DNA of 57,031 nt from Clostridia bacterium (GTDB taxonomy: Bacteria > Bacillota > Clostridia > Oscillospirales > CAG-272): contig JAFQGP010000016.1 in NCBI GenBank assembly GCA_017415485.1, positions 1 to 57,031 of the forward strand, given 5' to 3'. The translations under genes were made by a program, and so were the position numbers. The notes beneath the pieces are model-generated. The model saw only the letters and a list, made by a program, of their open reading frames with translations, was not told the origin of the DNA and searched no databases. This document shows, one piece after another, positions 36,994-45,979 of this stretch; the first letter of the stretch is position 1, and each line of letters opens with the position of its first letter.

Positions 36994-37578
36994 TCACTTC
37001 TTTTTGGTGTGCTTTTTCTTTTTTCTGACCGAATAGCCGAAGGAGCCGATGGTTTTGCCGAGCTCGAAATACTCGCCGTGGGCGAAGGCGGAGAGGTTGG
37101 CACGGCCGAGGTGCAGACTTCCCTTCTCGTCTATCAGCGACTCGTCCACTCCCGTGGCGACGATGTCGGCGATGAACATATCGTGCGAGCCCTGCGGGAT
37201 GATCTCGCGGAGCTTGCATTCGAGAGTCAACGGAGATTCCGCGATCGCGGGCGCGGAGATCTTGAAGCACTTTTCGGGCGTCAGCTTGCACTTTTCGAAC
37301 TTATCGACCTTTCTTCCCGTCAGCACACCGCAGGTATCGGCGGCGCGGACGAGGTTCACGGGCACCAGATTGACGCAGAATTCGCCCGTTTCCTTGATGA
37401 TCTCATAAGAATGGCGCGAGGGTCGCACCGAGATATAAAGCGCGGGCGGATGTGTCGAGATGATGCCGCACCAAGCGATAGTGATCGCGTTCGGCTTTTC
37501 GCCCTCACGGGCGGAGGTGACTATGACAGCAGGCAGAGGCGCGAGGAGAGCGCCGCCTTTCCATTCTTGTTTGGACAT
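36994..37578 (-). CDS. Flavin reductase-like FMN-binding protein
   Basis: Start ATG at 37578; PLPAVIVT, NAITIAW, ISVRPSRHS, GEFCVN, ESPLTLEC and GSHDMFI. Confidence 0.9.
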   Translation of the reverse strand: MSKQEWKGGALLAPLPAVIVTSAREGEKPNAITIAWCGIISTHPPALYISVRPSRHSYEIIKETGEFCVNLVPVNLVRAADTCGVLTGRKVDKFEKCKLTPEKCFKISAPAIAESPLTLECKLREIIPQGSHDMFIADIVATGVDESLIDEKGSLHLGRANLSAFAHGEYFELGKTIGSFGYSVRKKKKHTKKK

Positions 37579-37593
37579 TTTTTGCTCCTTACT

Positions 37594-37900
37594 ATCTCGC
37601 TTCGCGAGAGTGAATGTTGCGCTTCGCGCAAGATAAGATCGGGCTTCGCCCGAGTTAATGTTCGCCGATGGCGAAGGTAAGGTGAATTTCCGCGAAAGCG
37701 GAAATTTCCAATTAAAATAAAACAATAGACAACAGTAGCGGAAAGCTTTTGAAAATTCTTAAGAAACTTTTCTCGAAAAGTTTCTTAAGTCGCGCTCCGC
37801 AGAGCGCGAAACCTCTTCTTGTGCTTCGGGATGGCGGCGCCCCGCCGACATTCCGGAAGGAGTAAAATCTCCCCTTGGGGAGATTTTTGCTCCTTCACCT
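37594..37900 (+). repeat. Composite structured repeat homologous to 21826-22225
   Basis: Four 15-bp hairpins with 7-nt linkers, aaggtgaatttccgc..gcggaaattt, cttaagaaacttttctcgaaaagtttcttaag and gaaggagt-stem-tgctccttc. Confidence 0.8.
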
Positions 37901-37907
37901 CAAAAAA

Positions 37908-38645
37908 TCAAATAAAAACCACAGCTCCGTCGTCAAGTGAGTGCTTTTCCACTCCCATCACGTGCTCAATTGCGCCCGATTTGATGCATTCTTCGCGCGT
38001 TCCCGCAAAAACGACTTTTCCGCCGTCTATGAGCAGAATATCGTCCGCGTACTTCACCGCGGCGGTGAGGTCGTGCATTACTGCGGCGACGGTTTTTCCT
38101 TCGCTTTGCGCCTGTTTGAGGGTGGAGAGGAACTCCCTTGCGTTGGGGGCGTCCATATACGTTGTCGGCTCGTCGAGCAGAAGGATGTCGGCGTCCTGCG
38201 CGAGGGTCATCGCGAGGTATGCCATTTGCCGCTCGCCGCCCGAGATTTCGGTCAGGACTTTGTCCTTCAGGTGCGAAATTCCGCATTTTTCGATCGACTT
38301 TTCAACGATCTCGTTGTCCGAATCGGTGAGCTTGAAGGAAATGTACGGCTCTCTGCCGAATGCGACGGTCTCGCGCACCGAAAACTGCGTCAGCGGCAGG
38401 TTTTGGGGCAGGCAGGAGATGATCTTTGCGCGCTCGCGCGGCGGGATCTCCGAAATTTCGCGCTCGCCGAGCAGAATTTTGCCCGAATATCGCTTTTGCG
38501 AGGCGAGGCAGGAGAGCAGACTCGATTTTCCCGAGCCGTTTTTGCCGAGGATGGCGGTGAATTTTCCGCGCTCGAGATTGAAGGAGAGGTCGAAAAGCAC
38601 CTGTTTTTTGCCGTAAAAGGCGGAAAGATTTTCGATCTTAAGCAT
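37908..38645 (-). CDS. Iron-chelate/cobalamin ABC transporter ATP-binding protein
   Basis: GKNGSGKS, ISGGERQ, LLDEPT and MHDL. Confidence 0.92.
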   Translation of the reverse strand: MLKIENLSAFYGKKQVLFDLSFNLERGKFTAILGKNGSGKSSLLSCLASQKRYSGKILLGEREISEIPPRERAKIISCLPQNLPLTQFSVRETVAFGREPYISFKLTDSDNEIVEKSIEKCGISHLKDKVLTEISGGERQMAYLAMTLAQDADILLLDEPTTYMDAPNAREFLSTLKQAQSEGKTVAAVMHDLTAAVKYADDILLIDGGKVVFAGTREECIKSGAIEHVMGVEKHSLDDGAVVFI

Positions 38646-39627
38646 CGCGGTGTCCTCCTTTGAGCAAGATCCCGAGGAAGAAGGGCGCGCCGAGAAGTGC
38701 CATCAGCACTCCCACGGGCATTTCGCCGGGTGCGAAGATGACTCGCCCGCAGAGGTCCGCGGCGAGGACGAGGTCTGCGCCGACGAGCGCGGTACATGGG
38801 ATCAGTTTTCTTGCATCCGCGCCGACGAGTGCGCGCGCAATGTGGGGCGACATCAGCCCGACGAAACCGAGAAGACCGACCGCCGAAACCGCCGCGCCCG
38901 CCGCCGCAGAGGCGAGGAGCATACAGATCACGCGCAACGCTTTGACTCTTACGCCGAGCGAGGACGCTATCGGCGCGCCGAGGGCGAGGAGATTTATCCT
39001 TCTTGCCGCAAAAGTGGCGGCTATGAGTGACAAAATTATCAGAATTGCGGGCAAAACGAGCCCCTTTGCCTCAACTCCCGCAAGCGAGCCGACCGAAAAG
39101 GCGTTGTAGTTCACGAGCACGTCGGCATCAAGCAGCGAAAGCAGCGAAATTCCCGCCGAAAGTATCGCGGAAAAGGCGATTCCGCTGAGGACGACGGTGT
39201 TTTTCGTCATTCCCATCCGTCCCGCGATGGCAATTATGGCAAGCGTCGCCAAAAACGCGCCGCCGAAAGCCGCTATCGGTATGAGTCCGATCGGGAAAAA
39301 CGGCAAAGAAAGAGCGAGGATCACGGCAAATCCCGCGCCGGAATTGACTCCGATAAGCCCCGGGCTTGCCATTTTGTTGTCGGTCACGCTCTGGAGAAGC
39401 ACTCCCGAAAGCCCGAGTCCCGCGCCCGCGAGTATGCCCGCGCAGGTTCGCGGCAGGCGCAGAGTGTAGATGATCGCGCTTTGCGCGGCGAATCCCTCGC
39501 GCCTCAAAAGTGCCGAGAGGAAGCTTTTTCCGTCTATAAAAACGCTTCCGAAGCGCATTGAAAGCAGGATGAGAGCGATCAGCGCCGCGCCGAGCGAGAG
39601 AAATAACAAAGGTCTTTTAGTTTTCAC
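38638..39627 (-). CDS. FecCD/BtuC-family ABC permease
   Basis: LRLPR, ASPGLIGVNSGA, GLLGFVGLMSPH, ADL.GR and GAPFF. Confidence 0.92.
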   Translation of the reverse strand: MKTKRPLLFLSLGAALIALILLSMRFGSVFIDGKSFLSALLRREGFAAQSAIIYTLRLPRTCAGILAGAGLGLSGVLLQSVTDNKMASPGLIGVNSGAGFAVILALSLPFFPIGLIPIAAFGGAFLATLAIIAIAGRMGMTKNTVVLSGIAFSAILSAGISLLSLLDADVLVNYNAFSVGSLAGVEAKGLVLPAILIILSLIAATFAARRINLLALGAPIASSLGVRVKALRVICMLLASAAAGAAVSAVGLLGFVGLMSPHIARALVGADARKLIPCTALVGADLVLAADLCGRVIFAPGEMPVGVLMALLGAPFFLGILLKGGHRDA

Positions 39628-40555
39628 TGTAAAGATACTCCGCTAAAAATTTGTAAGCCTCGCCCCATCGGGAATTCGGCTTGAATTGGAAAAGATTTTT
39701 GTCGAGATAGACGTATCTGCCCTCGCGTACCGCCGAAAGCGTCTGCCAAGCCTCGCCCGCGAGCACGGAATCCATATACGCGCGCGATTTTTGCTCGTTG
39801 CCCATCGTCGAGAAGAAGATCACCTCGGGATCGGCGGCGAGGATCGCCTCGAGCGCAAGCCCATCCGAAAGCTCGGGTGCCGCATCGGCGATGTTGACCG
39901 CGCCGAGTTCCTCGAGCATCTTGCAGACGAAGTTTTCCGCCGCGACTTTAGCCTTTGTCGCGCCGTAGCTGGAGCCGCAACGGACGAAAAGTATGCGCGG
40001 TGCGGCACTTTTGTCGACGTCGGCAAGGATTTTATCAATCTCCGCGCCGACAGCGGCGACGTTTTGCTCAAAAAGATCGGCTCTGCCCGTGATGGCGCAA
40101 AGATGGGTCATGGCTCTTTCGTAATCAGCGAAGCAATCGACCCTGAAGAGCGCGCAGGGGATGCCGACGGTGTCGAGATACGCCGCAAGCTCTGCCTGCG
40201 CGGCGATATCCGCGGACGCAATGACGAGATCGGGCTCTGCGGCAAGAAGCGCCTCGCGGTCGACGGTCTTACCCGCGCCCGAATCAACGAGCGGAGTGCC
40301 CTCGGGCGCAAATCCGCGCTCGATGCTCTCACCGACGGTGATCTTCACCTCCCCGCCCGCCAAAGTCCACATTTCGGCATAGGACGAGAAAAGCACCGCG
40401 ACATTTTGAGGTTGGTTCTTGAGATTTACGCCTCGCCCGCTATCATCGGTGAAGCTGTAAAAGCCCTCCGCCACGCCCTCACCCACGTTTTCCGCGCATC
40501 CGAAAAGCGCGAGAATCATCAGCGCGCAAAGCAAAAGTGATATATATTTTTTCAT
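39617..40555 (-). CDS. Iron-chelate/cobalamin ABC substrate-binding lipoprotein
   Basis: ATG at 40555, lipobox LFGC, FTDDSGR.V...P..V, E.LLA..PDLVI and AVREGRY. Confidence 0.9.
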   Translation of the reverse strand: MKKYISLLLCALMILALFGCAENVGEGVAEGFYSFTDDSGRGVNLKNQPQNVAVLFSSYAEMWTLAGGEVKITVGESIERGFAPEGTPLVDSGAGKTVDREALLAAEPDLVIASADIAAQAELAAYLDTVGIPCALFRVDCFADYERAMTHLCAITGRADLFEQNVAAVGAEIDKILADVDKSAAPRILFVRCGSSYGATKAKVAAENFVCKMLEELGAVNIADAAPELSDGLALEAILAADPEVIFFSTMGNEQKSRAYMDSVLAGEAWQTLSAVREGRYVYLDKNLFQFKPNSRWGEAYKFLAEYLYSEN

Positions 40556-40581
40556 TGAAAACACCAACTTTCTATCATATA

Positions 40582-40610
40582 ATTATATCATTATATATGG
40601 TGTTTGTCAA
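40582..40610 (-). promoter_or_regulatory. Sigma-A promoter of the ABC operon
   Basis: Minus-strand TTGACA (40605-40610), 17 bp, TATAAT (40582-40587). Confidence 0.75.
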
Positions 40611-40680
40611 GATTGCAATGGTTCGGATTCCTCTTCCGGATTGATATAATAATGTTATTTTTTGCATCGAGAAATTAACT

Positions 40681-40770
40681 ATGCATATTTTAGGATATTG
40701 AAAAATACGATTTATGCATATTTTCGGATATTCAAAAATCGAAATAATGCATATTTTCGGGATATTGTTT
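40681..40770. repeat. Three non-coding direct repeats with a 33-bp period
   Basis: atgcatatttt(a/c)ggatatt at 40681, 40714 and 40747. Confidence 0.8.
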
Positions 40771-40845
40771 TTACAAGAGTCACTAAAATACAAAAAATGA
40801 AGCTTTTCGCCAACGGCGAAAAGCTTCAGAATTATTTACCTCAAT

Positions 40846-41676
40846 TTACGCCCTTCCGTTCGAGCCGAAGAGGAGCATTTTCTTCATTGTTGCCGCCTTG
40901 ACCGCCTCGCTCATTGCGCCCATGACGTCGGTCATGCCCTTGCCCTCGGCATAAGCATCGTGCGCCGCCTTGACGCAGGCGATGTTGATGTCGGTGAAGA
41001 TGTTGATCTTCGAGATTCCCGCGGCGATCGCGCGGCGGAAGTCATCGTCGCTGAGACCCGAGCCGCCGTGGAGCACGAGGGGCGCCTCGATCATCGACGC
41101 GATCTTCTCGATGCGCTCGAAATCGAGCTGGGGCTTGAATTTATACGCACCGTGCGAGGTGCCGACGGCGATCGCGAGCGCATCGCAGCCCGTGAACTCG
41201 GCAAATCTCTTTGCCTCGTCGGGATCGGTGTAGGCATCGGAAGGCACGCTGACCTCCTCGGTTCCGACGTGACCGATCTCCGCCTCGACGGTGATGCCCT
41301 TCGAGTGCGAATAATCGCAGATCGCCTTGACCGCGCCGAGGTTTTCCTCGAATCCGAGGGTGGAGCAGTCGTACATTACCGAAGAAAATCCGAGCGCGAT
41401 CGCCTTTTTGACGTTTTCCTCGGTCAGTCCGTGGTCAAAATGGAGCACTACGGGCACGCTCGCGCGCTTTGCCATCGGCAGAAGCATATTTGCGAGGTCG
41501 TCGAGCCCCGAATAGCAGAGCAGGCACTCCGCGCTGCCGATGATGACGGGAGAGCGAAGCTCCTCAGCCGCTGCCAGCACGCCGACAGCCATCTCAAGAT
41601 TGACGGTGTTGAAAAGTCCCACCGCGTATTTGTTCTTTTTTGCGTCCCTTAAAACTTCGTTGAGTGTAACTAACAT
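40846..41676 (-). CDS. Class II ketose-bisphosphate aldolase (FBA/tagatose type)
   Basis: ATG at 41676; YAVGLFN, LHFDHG, FSSVMYD, VEAEIGHV, GTSHG, LHGGSG and KINIFT. Confidence 0.93.
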   Translation of the reverse strand: MLVTLNEVLRDAKKNKYAVGLFNTVNLEMAVGVLAAAEELRSPVIIGSAECLLCYSGLDDLANMLLPMAKRASVPVVLHFDHGLTEENVKKAIALGFSSVMYDCSTLGFEENLGAVKAICDYSHSKGITVEAEIGHVGTEEVSVPSDAYTDPDEAKRFAEFTGCDALAIAVGTSHGAYKFKPQLDFERIEKIASMIEAPLVLHGGSGLSDDDFRRAIAAGISKINIFTDINIACVKAAHDAYAEGKGMTDVMGAMSEAVKAATMKKMLLFGSNGRA

Positions 41677-41844
41677 GATTATTATCCTTTCTTTTTTTGC
41701 CAAAATTACAATTTAACGATACTGCACCCCGTAGCGCCAAAGCACGCGGCATAACAGTCGTAAAAAGAGCATCTTGCAGACGACATCATAATGCCTCCGC
41801 CGCTATCATTTAGATATAATAGCAAGTGCGAACAAAGCGTTCTG

Positions 41845-42192
41845 GGTGTCCCCTCATCACCCGCTACGTCAGAACCCCAAAAACGCGCAAGCGCGTTTCC
41901 GGGAACCCGACGGCGGGAGCTTCTCCCAGGAGAAGCCTGGGGGGACTGATAGTCTCTTGTTTTTACTTTCTAAACTTCGAATAATTTATAATGAAATGAA
42001 ATTTGCCAAAGCAAATTTCTACCTTTGCATTCCGCTTCAGCGGAATATTTAGCTCGTGCGAAGCGCGTATTTAGCTTTTGCATAGCAAAAATTTAGCATT
42101 TCTCTAAAAGAGAAATATTTAGCTTCAGGCGTTAGCCTCCCAAGGCTTCTCCTGGGAGAAGCTCCCGCCGCAGCGGGTGATGAGGGGACACC
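41845..42192. repeat. Long inverted-repeat pair enclosing a hairpin array
   Basis: The reverse complement of the right arm (42136-42192) matches the left arm (41845-41944), except for a 45-nt insert at 41866-41910. The inner region 41998-42125 is a minus-strand hairpin array with atttagc linkers. Confidence 0.8.
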
Positions 42193-42269
42193 GTCTGTAC
42201 TGCATTTTATCAAGAGAGCCAATGCTTTTTTGAGAGCATTTCACCTTTGCGTAAGGTAATAGTGATTTT

Positions 42270-43058
42270 TTATGCCTCTATAACAGTGATATTCTTTTGC
42301 AGCAGTGCGGTTTTGATCTCGTTATCGAGCCATTTGTTTGTCACAAGAGTATCGACCGACTCGATGGGCGCGTAGTGGATGACCGATGCCTTGCCCGCTT
42401 TTGAGGTGTCGGCGAGCAGGATTCGCTTGTCCGAGCCTGCGACGACGAGCTGATTGATCCTTGCGGTATCAAAATCCGACGCTGTCAGCCCGTTTGCGAC
42501 CGAAAATCCGTCCGCGCCGACGAAGCATTTACTGAAATGAAGCCTTTTTATGACCTCGTCGGTGAGGTAGCCGCAAAAATCCTGCCTGTGCGGGCGGTAT
42601 TCGCCGCCGATGAGGCAGACGTTCATATGATCCTTGAGCAGATTGAGATTAGCCAGCGAATTGGTGAACACGGTGACGGAGGAATATTTTTCCCCATTTG
42701 CCACCGCCGCGCGTGCCATAGCGGAGCAAAGCCGCATGACCGTCGTTCCCGAATCAAGATAAAGCGTGTCGCCCTCGCTGATCAGCTTTTCCGCCGCCTC
42801 GCCTATCATTATTTTTTCATTCGAGCGGTAAAGCTCGTTCTTTTCAAAGGAATAGGACTCGCGCATTCCCGAAACGGCGTTGATGCTGATGCCGCGATAT
42901 GTCCGCACAGCCATTCCGTCGGCTTCAAGCTTGCAAAAAAGCCGTCTGACAGTCGATTCCGAAACGTCGAGCAGAGCCATCGCCTCCGCGACGCTGACCT
43001 TTCCCGAAACGCGCAAAAGTGCCATTATTTCCTTTTCGCGTATTTCCGCCTTGTTCAT
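42270..43058 (-). CDS. DeoR/GlpR-family transcriptional regulator
   Basis: HTH VSESTVRR, K..IG..A, LDSGTT, TNSL, IGGE and ADTSK. Confidence 0.93.
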   Translation of the reverse strand: MNKAEIREKEIMALLRVSGKVSVAEAMALLDVSESTVRRLFCKLEADGMAVRTYRGISINAVSGMRESYSFEKNELYRSNEKIMIGEAAEKLISEGDTLYLDSGTTVMRLCSAMARAAVANGEKYSSVTVFTNSLANLNLLKDHMNVCLIGGEYRPHRQDFCGYLTDEVIKRLHFSKCFVGADGFSVANGLTASDFDTARINQLVVAGSDKRILLADTSKAGKASVIHYAPIESVDTLVTNKWLDNEIKTALLQKNITVIEA

Positions 43059-43225
43059 GCCCTTCCCTCTCTTTTTTTGCTATATTTATGCTACCACAGT
43101 TGACGGAATTTGTCAAGTCAAATTTGAAAATTTTTTCATTTTCCTTGAAAATTGCCCGAATTTCTTTCAAAAAATGAAAGATTCGGTCAGATTTTGACTT
43201 TTTTGCGTTTTCGCGTCAAAGTCTA

Positions 43226-43254
43226 TTGACAAGCGGCGCAAATCCGTGTATAAT
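43226..43254 (+). promoter_or_regulatory. Sigma-A promoter of the sugar catabolic operon
   Basis: TTGACA (43226-43231), 17 bp, TG-TATAAT (43249-43254). Confidence 0.8.
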
Positions 43255-43291
43255 ACAATATGTAATTATATTAACTATATGAGGTAATAAA

Positions 43292-44431
43292 ATGAATAAG
43301 AAAAAGATCAGATTTGCCGTTATCGGCTGCGGACTTATGGGCCGCGAATTTGCCTCCGCGGCGGCAAGATGGTGCCATTTGACGAAGGACATCCCCGCGC
43401 CCGTGATCGTTGGCGTTTCCGACGTAAACGAGAACGCGAGAAATTGGTTCACCGATAATTTCGACAGCATCAAATATTCGACCGCCGACTACCGCGAGCT
43501 TCTCGACAAAGACGACATCGACGCCGTATATTGCGCCGTTCCGCACAATCTGCACAAGCAGATCTACGTTGACATCATCAATTCGGGCAAGCATCTTCTC
43601 GGCGAGAAGCCCTTCGGCATCGATATTGAAGCAAACCGCGCGATCATGGATGCCATCAAGGCACACCCCGAGGTTATGGTTCGTTGCTCGAGCGAGTTCC
43701 CCTTATATCCCGCCTGTCAGAAGCTGATCGAATGGATCCGCGAGGGCAGATTCGGCAAGATCATAGAGGTCCGCTCGGCATTCTGCCACTCGAGCGATAT
43801 GGATCTGAACAAGCCGATCAACTGGAAGCGCACGCTCTCGATCAACGGCGAGTACGGCTGTATGGGCGACCTTGGACTTCACACCGAGCACGTCCCCTTC
43901 CGTATGGGTTGGAAGCCGCTCAACGTTTTTGCGAAGCTTTCGAACATCGTCACCGAGCGCCCCGACGGAAAGGGCGGCAGAGTCCCCTGCGAGACCTGGG
44001 ACAATGCCCTTCTTCTCTGCGACGTTCGTGACAAAGACGGCTCAATCTTCCCGATGATGTACGAAACCCGCCGCCTCTCGCCCGGCTCGACCAACGAATG
44101 GCGACTCGAGGTCTACGGCATCGAGGCTTCGGCAAAATTCTCGACCAACGACCCCGGCGCATTCCTTTACACCCAAAGCTGGGACAAGGAGCAGGCGTGG
44201 TGCCGCATCAATATGGGCAACAAGCCGATGATCCCCTCGATCACGGGCGGCATCTTTGAGTTTGGCTTTGCGGATTCGATCCTCCAGATGTGGGGCGCAT
44301 TTATTTGCGAGCTCTGCGGCATCGAGATCCCCTTCGGTTGCGTCACCCCCGAGGAGACCGAGCTTTCGCACAAGCTCCAGACCGCCGCTATCCTCTCGCA
44401 CAACGAGGGCAGAGTAATTGAGATCAAATAA
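43292..44431 (+). CDS. Gfo/Idh/MocA-family oxidoreductase
   Basis: IGCGLMG, AVPHNLH, GEKP and GCMGDLGLH. Confidence 0.9.
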   Translation: MNKKKIRFAVIGCGLMGREFASAAARWCHLTKDIPAPVIVGVSDVNENARNWFTDNFDSIKYSTADYRELLDKDDIDAVYCAVPHNLHKQIYVDIINSGKHLLGEKPFGIDIEANRAIMDAIKAHPEVMVRCSSEFPLYPACQKLIEWIREGRFGKIIEVRSAFCHSSDMDLNKPINWKRTLSINGEYGCMGDLGLHTEHVPFRMGWKPLNVFAKLSNIVTERPDGKGGRVPCETWDNALLLCDVRDKDGSIFPMMYETRRLSPGSTNEWRLEVYGIEASAKFSTNDPGAFLYTQSWDKEQAWCRINMGNKPMIPSITGGIFEFGFADSILQMWGAFICELCGIEIPFGCVTPEETELSHKLQTAAILSHNEGRVIEIK

Positions 44432-44443
44432 AGAGGTAGAAAA

Positions 44444-45979
44444 ATGTTCAAAAATATAAAAATGTCGCTTGCCGACTTGCTCGGCAAGGAATATACCAAC
44501 GCCGTTGCGGCTGCGGAAGCGGCTCTTGGCGCGCATAGCTTTGAAGAAGCGCTGGCGATCGCAAACGAAAAGGTCGAATTCTTCCCCGAGGCGGTTCAGA
44601 AGAAAAATTCCGAAATGCTCTCCCTTGTCGGTAAGCAGGTGATCGACCCGATGCCCGCCCTCACCGCGGGCGCGCCGACCGATTCCTTCCGCAAGGCGGC
44701 AAGCCGCGAGGCTGCTCCCGTTGCGGCGCGCGGATATTTCCGCGTCGGCGAGGACGGCAAGCTTTACTTCATCGGCAAGAGCGAGCACTATCACGCATCC
44801 CTCGGCCACTCCTTCCCCGGCTACAAGCTGATCGACAAGGCGCGCGCCCTCGGCATCCCCAACGCGACCCACAACAACACCCGCGGTCACATCACCCGCC
44901 TTTGCGAGGAAAAGCTGATTGCATCCGTCAACGGAATCGATTGGGATAACGCCGCCGAGATCGAAAAGGTCATCTCCTCAAAGAAACCTAAAGTACTCAA
45001 CCGCGTCATCAACCTTGAAACCGGATCGCTTGCAGTTGAGGCGGGATTCAAGATGATGCTTGCGCGTTTCTATAAACTCTCGCCCGAGTTCCCCGAGCCG
45101 AAATACGCGGGCAAGACCCCCGTTTTCTTCGTGATGGGCGACAAGGTTGGCGGCGTTACCGCGAATTACCACGGCACCACCACCCTCATTCAGACCTTCC
45201 GCGGACTTTGGGACGAGATCCGCGAGAAATCCGAGAACGCCGAGATCTACAAGGTCGTTCCCGTTTCGATCAACGATATCGACGATTTTGAGGCGAAGAT
45301 CAAGAAATACAACTCGGGGGGCTACAAGACCGCGGGCTTTATGCACGAGATCATCCTTATGAACTACGGCGGGATCCGCCTTGAAAAGGCATACCTCAAG
45401 CGCGCGCACGAGCTTTGCGCCGAGTACGACACGCCCACTATGGTTGACGAAATTCAGTCCTGCATGTGGTACGATGGAATGTTCCAGTTCCGACTTTACG
45501 ATCTGAAGCCTGATTTCGTTATCATCGGCAAGGGCTTTCCGGGCGGCGAGTATCCCGCAAGCAAGGTCATCACCACCGCCGAATACGACAACCTCAACCA
45601 GTTCGGCGCGCTCGTAACGAACGGTCAGGAGGAGCTTGCGTCGCTTTCCTACCTCGTAACGATGAAGTTTGCGCTTGAAAACAGAGAGATCATCGCGGAA
45701 AATTGCGCTTATTTCGAGGAAAGACTCAATTCCCTCGTTGAAAAATACCCCTCGAAGTTCACAAAGGCAGAGGGCTCGGGACTCCTTGCGGCTCTGCATT
45801 GCGAAGACGTCGAGGAGGCGAAGAAGTTTATGGGCGAGCTGCACGAGCGTTGCATCGACGCAAGCGCGCAGATATACAAGCAGAACTGCCTGCCCGCAGT
45901 CCTCTTCAAGCCGCCCCTCATCGCAGACCGCGACGCCATCGACTTCATCTGCGACGCGATCGACGAGATAGCAAAATGA
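44444..45979 (+). CDS. Class III PLP-dependent aminotransferase
   Basis: TGSLAVEA, NYHGTT, VDEIQS and PDFVIIGKGFPGG. Confidence 0.88.
   Translation: MFKNIKMSLADLLGKEYTNAVAAAEAALGAHSFEEALAIANEKVEFFPEAVQKKNSEMLSLVGKQVIDPMPALTAGAPTDSFRKAASREAAPVAARGYFRVGEDGKLYFIGKSEHYHASLGHSFPGYKLIDKARALGIPNATHNNTRGHITRLCEEKLIASVNGIDWDNAAEIEKVISSKKPKVLNRVINLETGSLAVEAGFKMMLARFYKLSPEFPEPKYAGKTPVFFVMGDKVGGVTANYHGTTTLIQTFRGLWDEIREKSENAEIYKVVPVSINDIDDFEAKIKKYNSGGYKTAGFMHEIILMNYGGIRLEKAYLKRAHELCAEYDTPTMVDEIQSCMWYDGMFQFRLYDLKPDFVIIGKGFPGGEYPASKVITTAEYDNLNQFGALVTNGQEELASLSYLVTMKFALENREIIAENCAYFEERLNSLVEKYPSKFTKAEGSGLLAALHCEDVEEAKKFMGELHERCIDASAQIYKQNCLPAVLFKPPLIADRDAIDFICDAIDEIAK

Noticed and set aside
40556-40800. Cobalamin riboswitch upstream of the BtuFCD-like ABC operon
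   Set aside because: The promoter lies about 25 bp from the start codon and no B12-box was seen, so the substrate is left unassigned.
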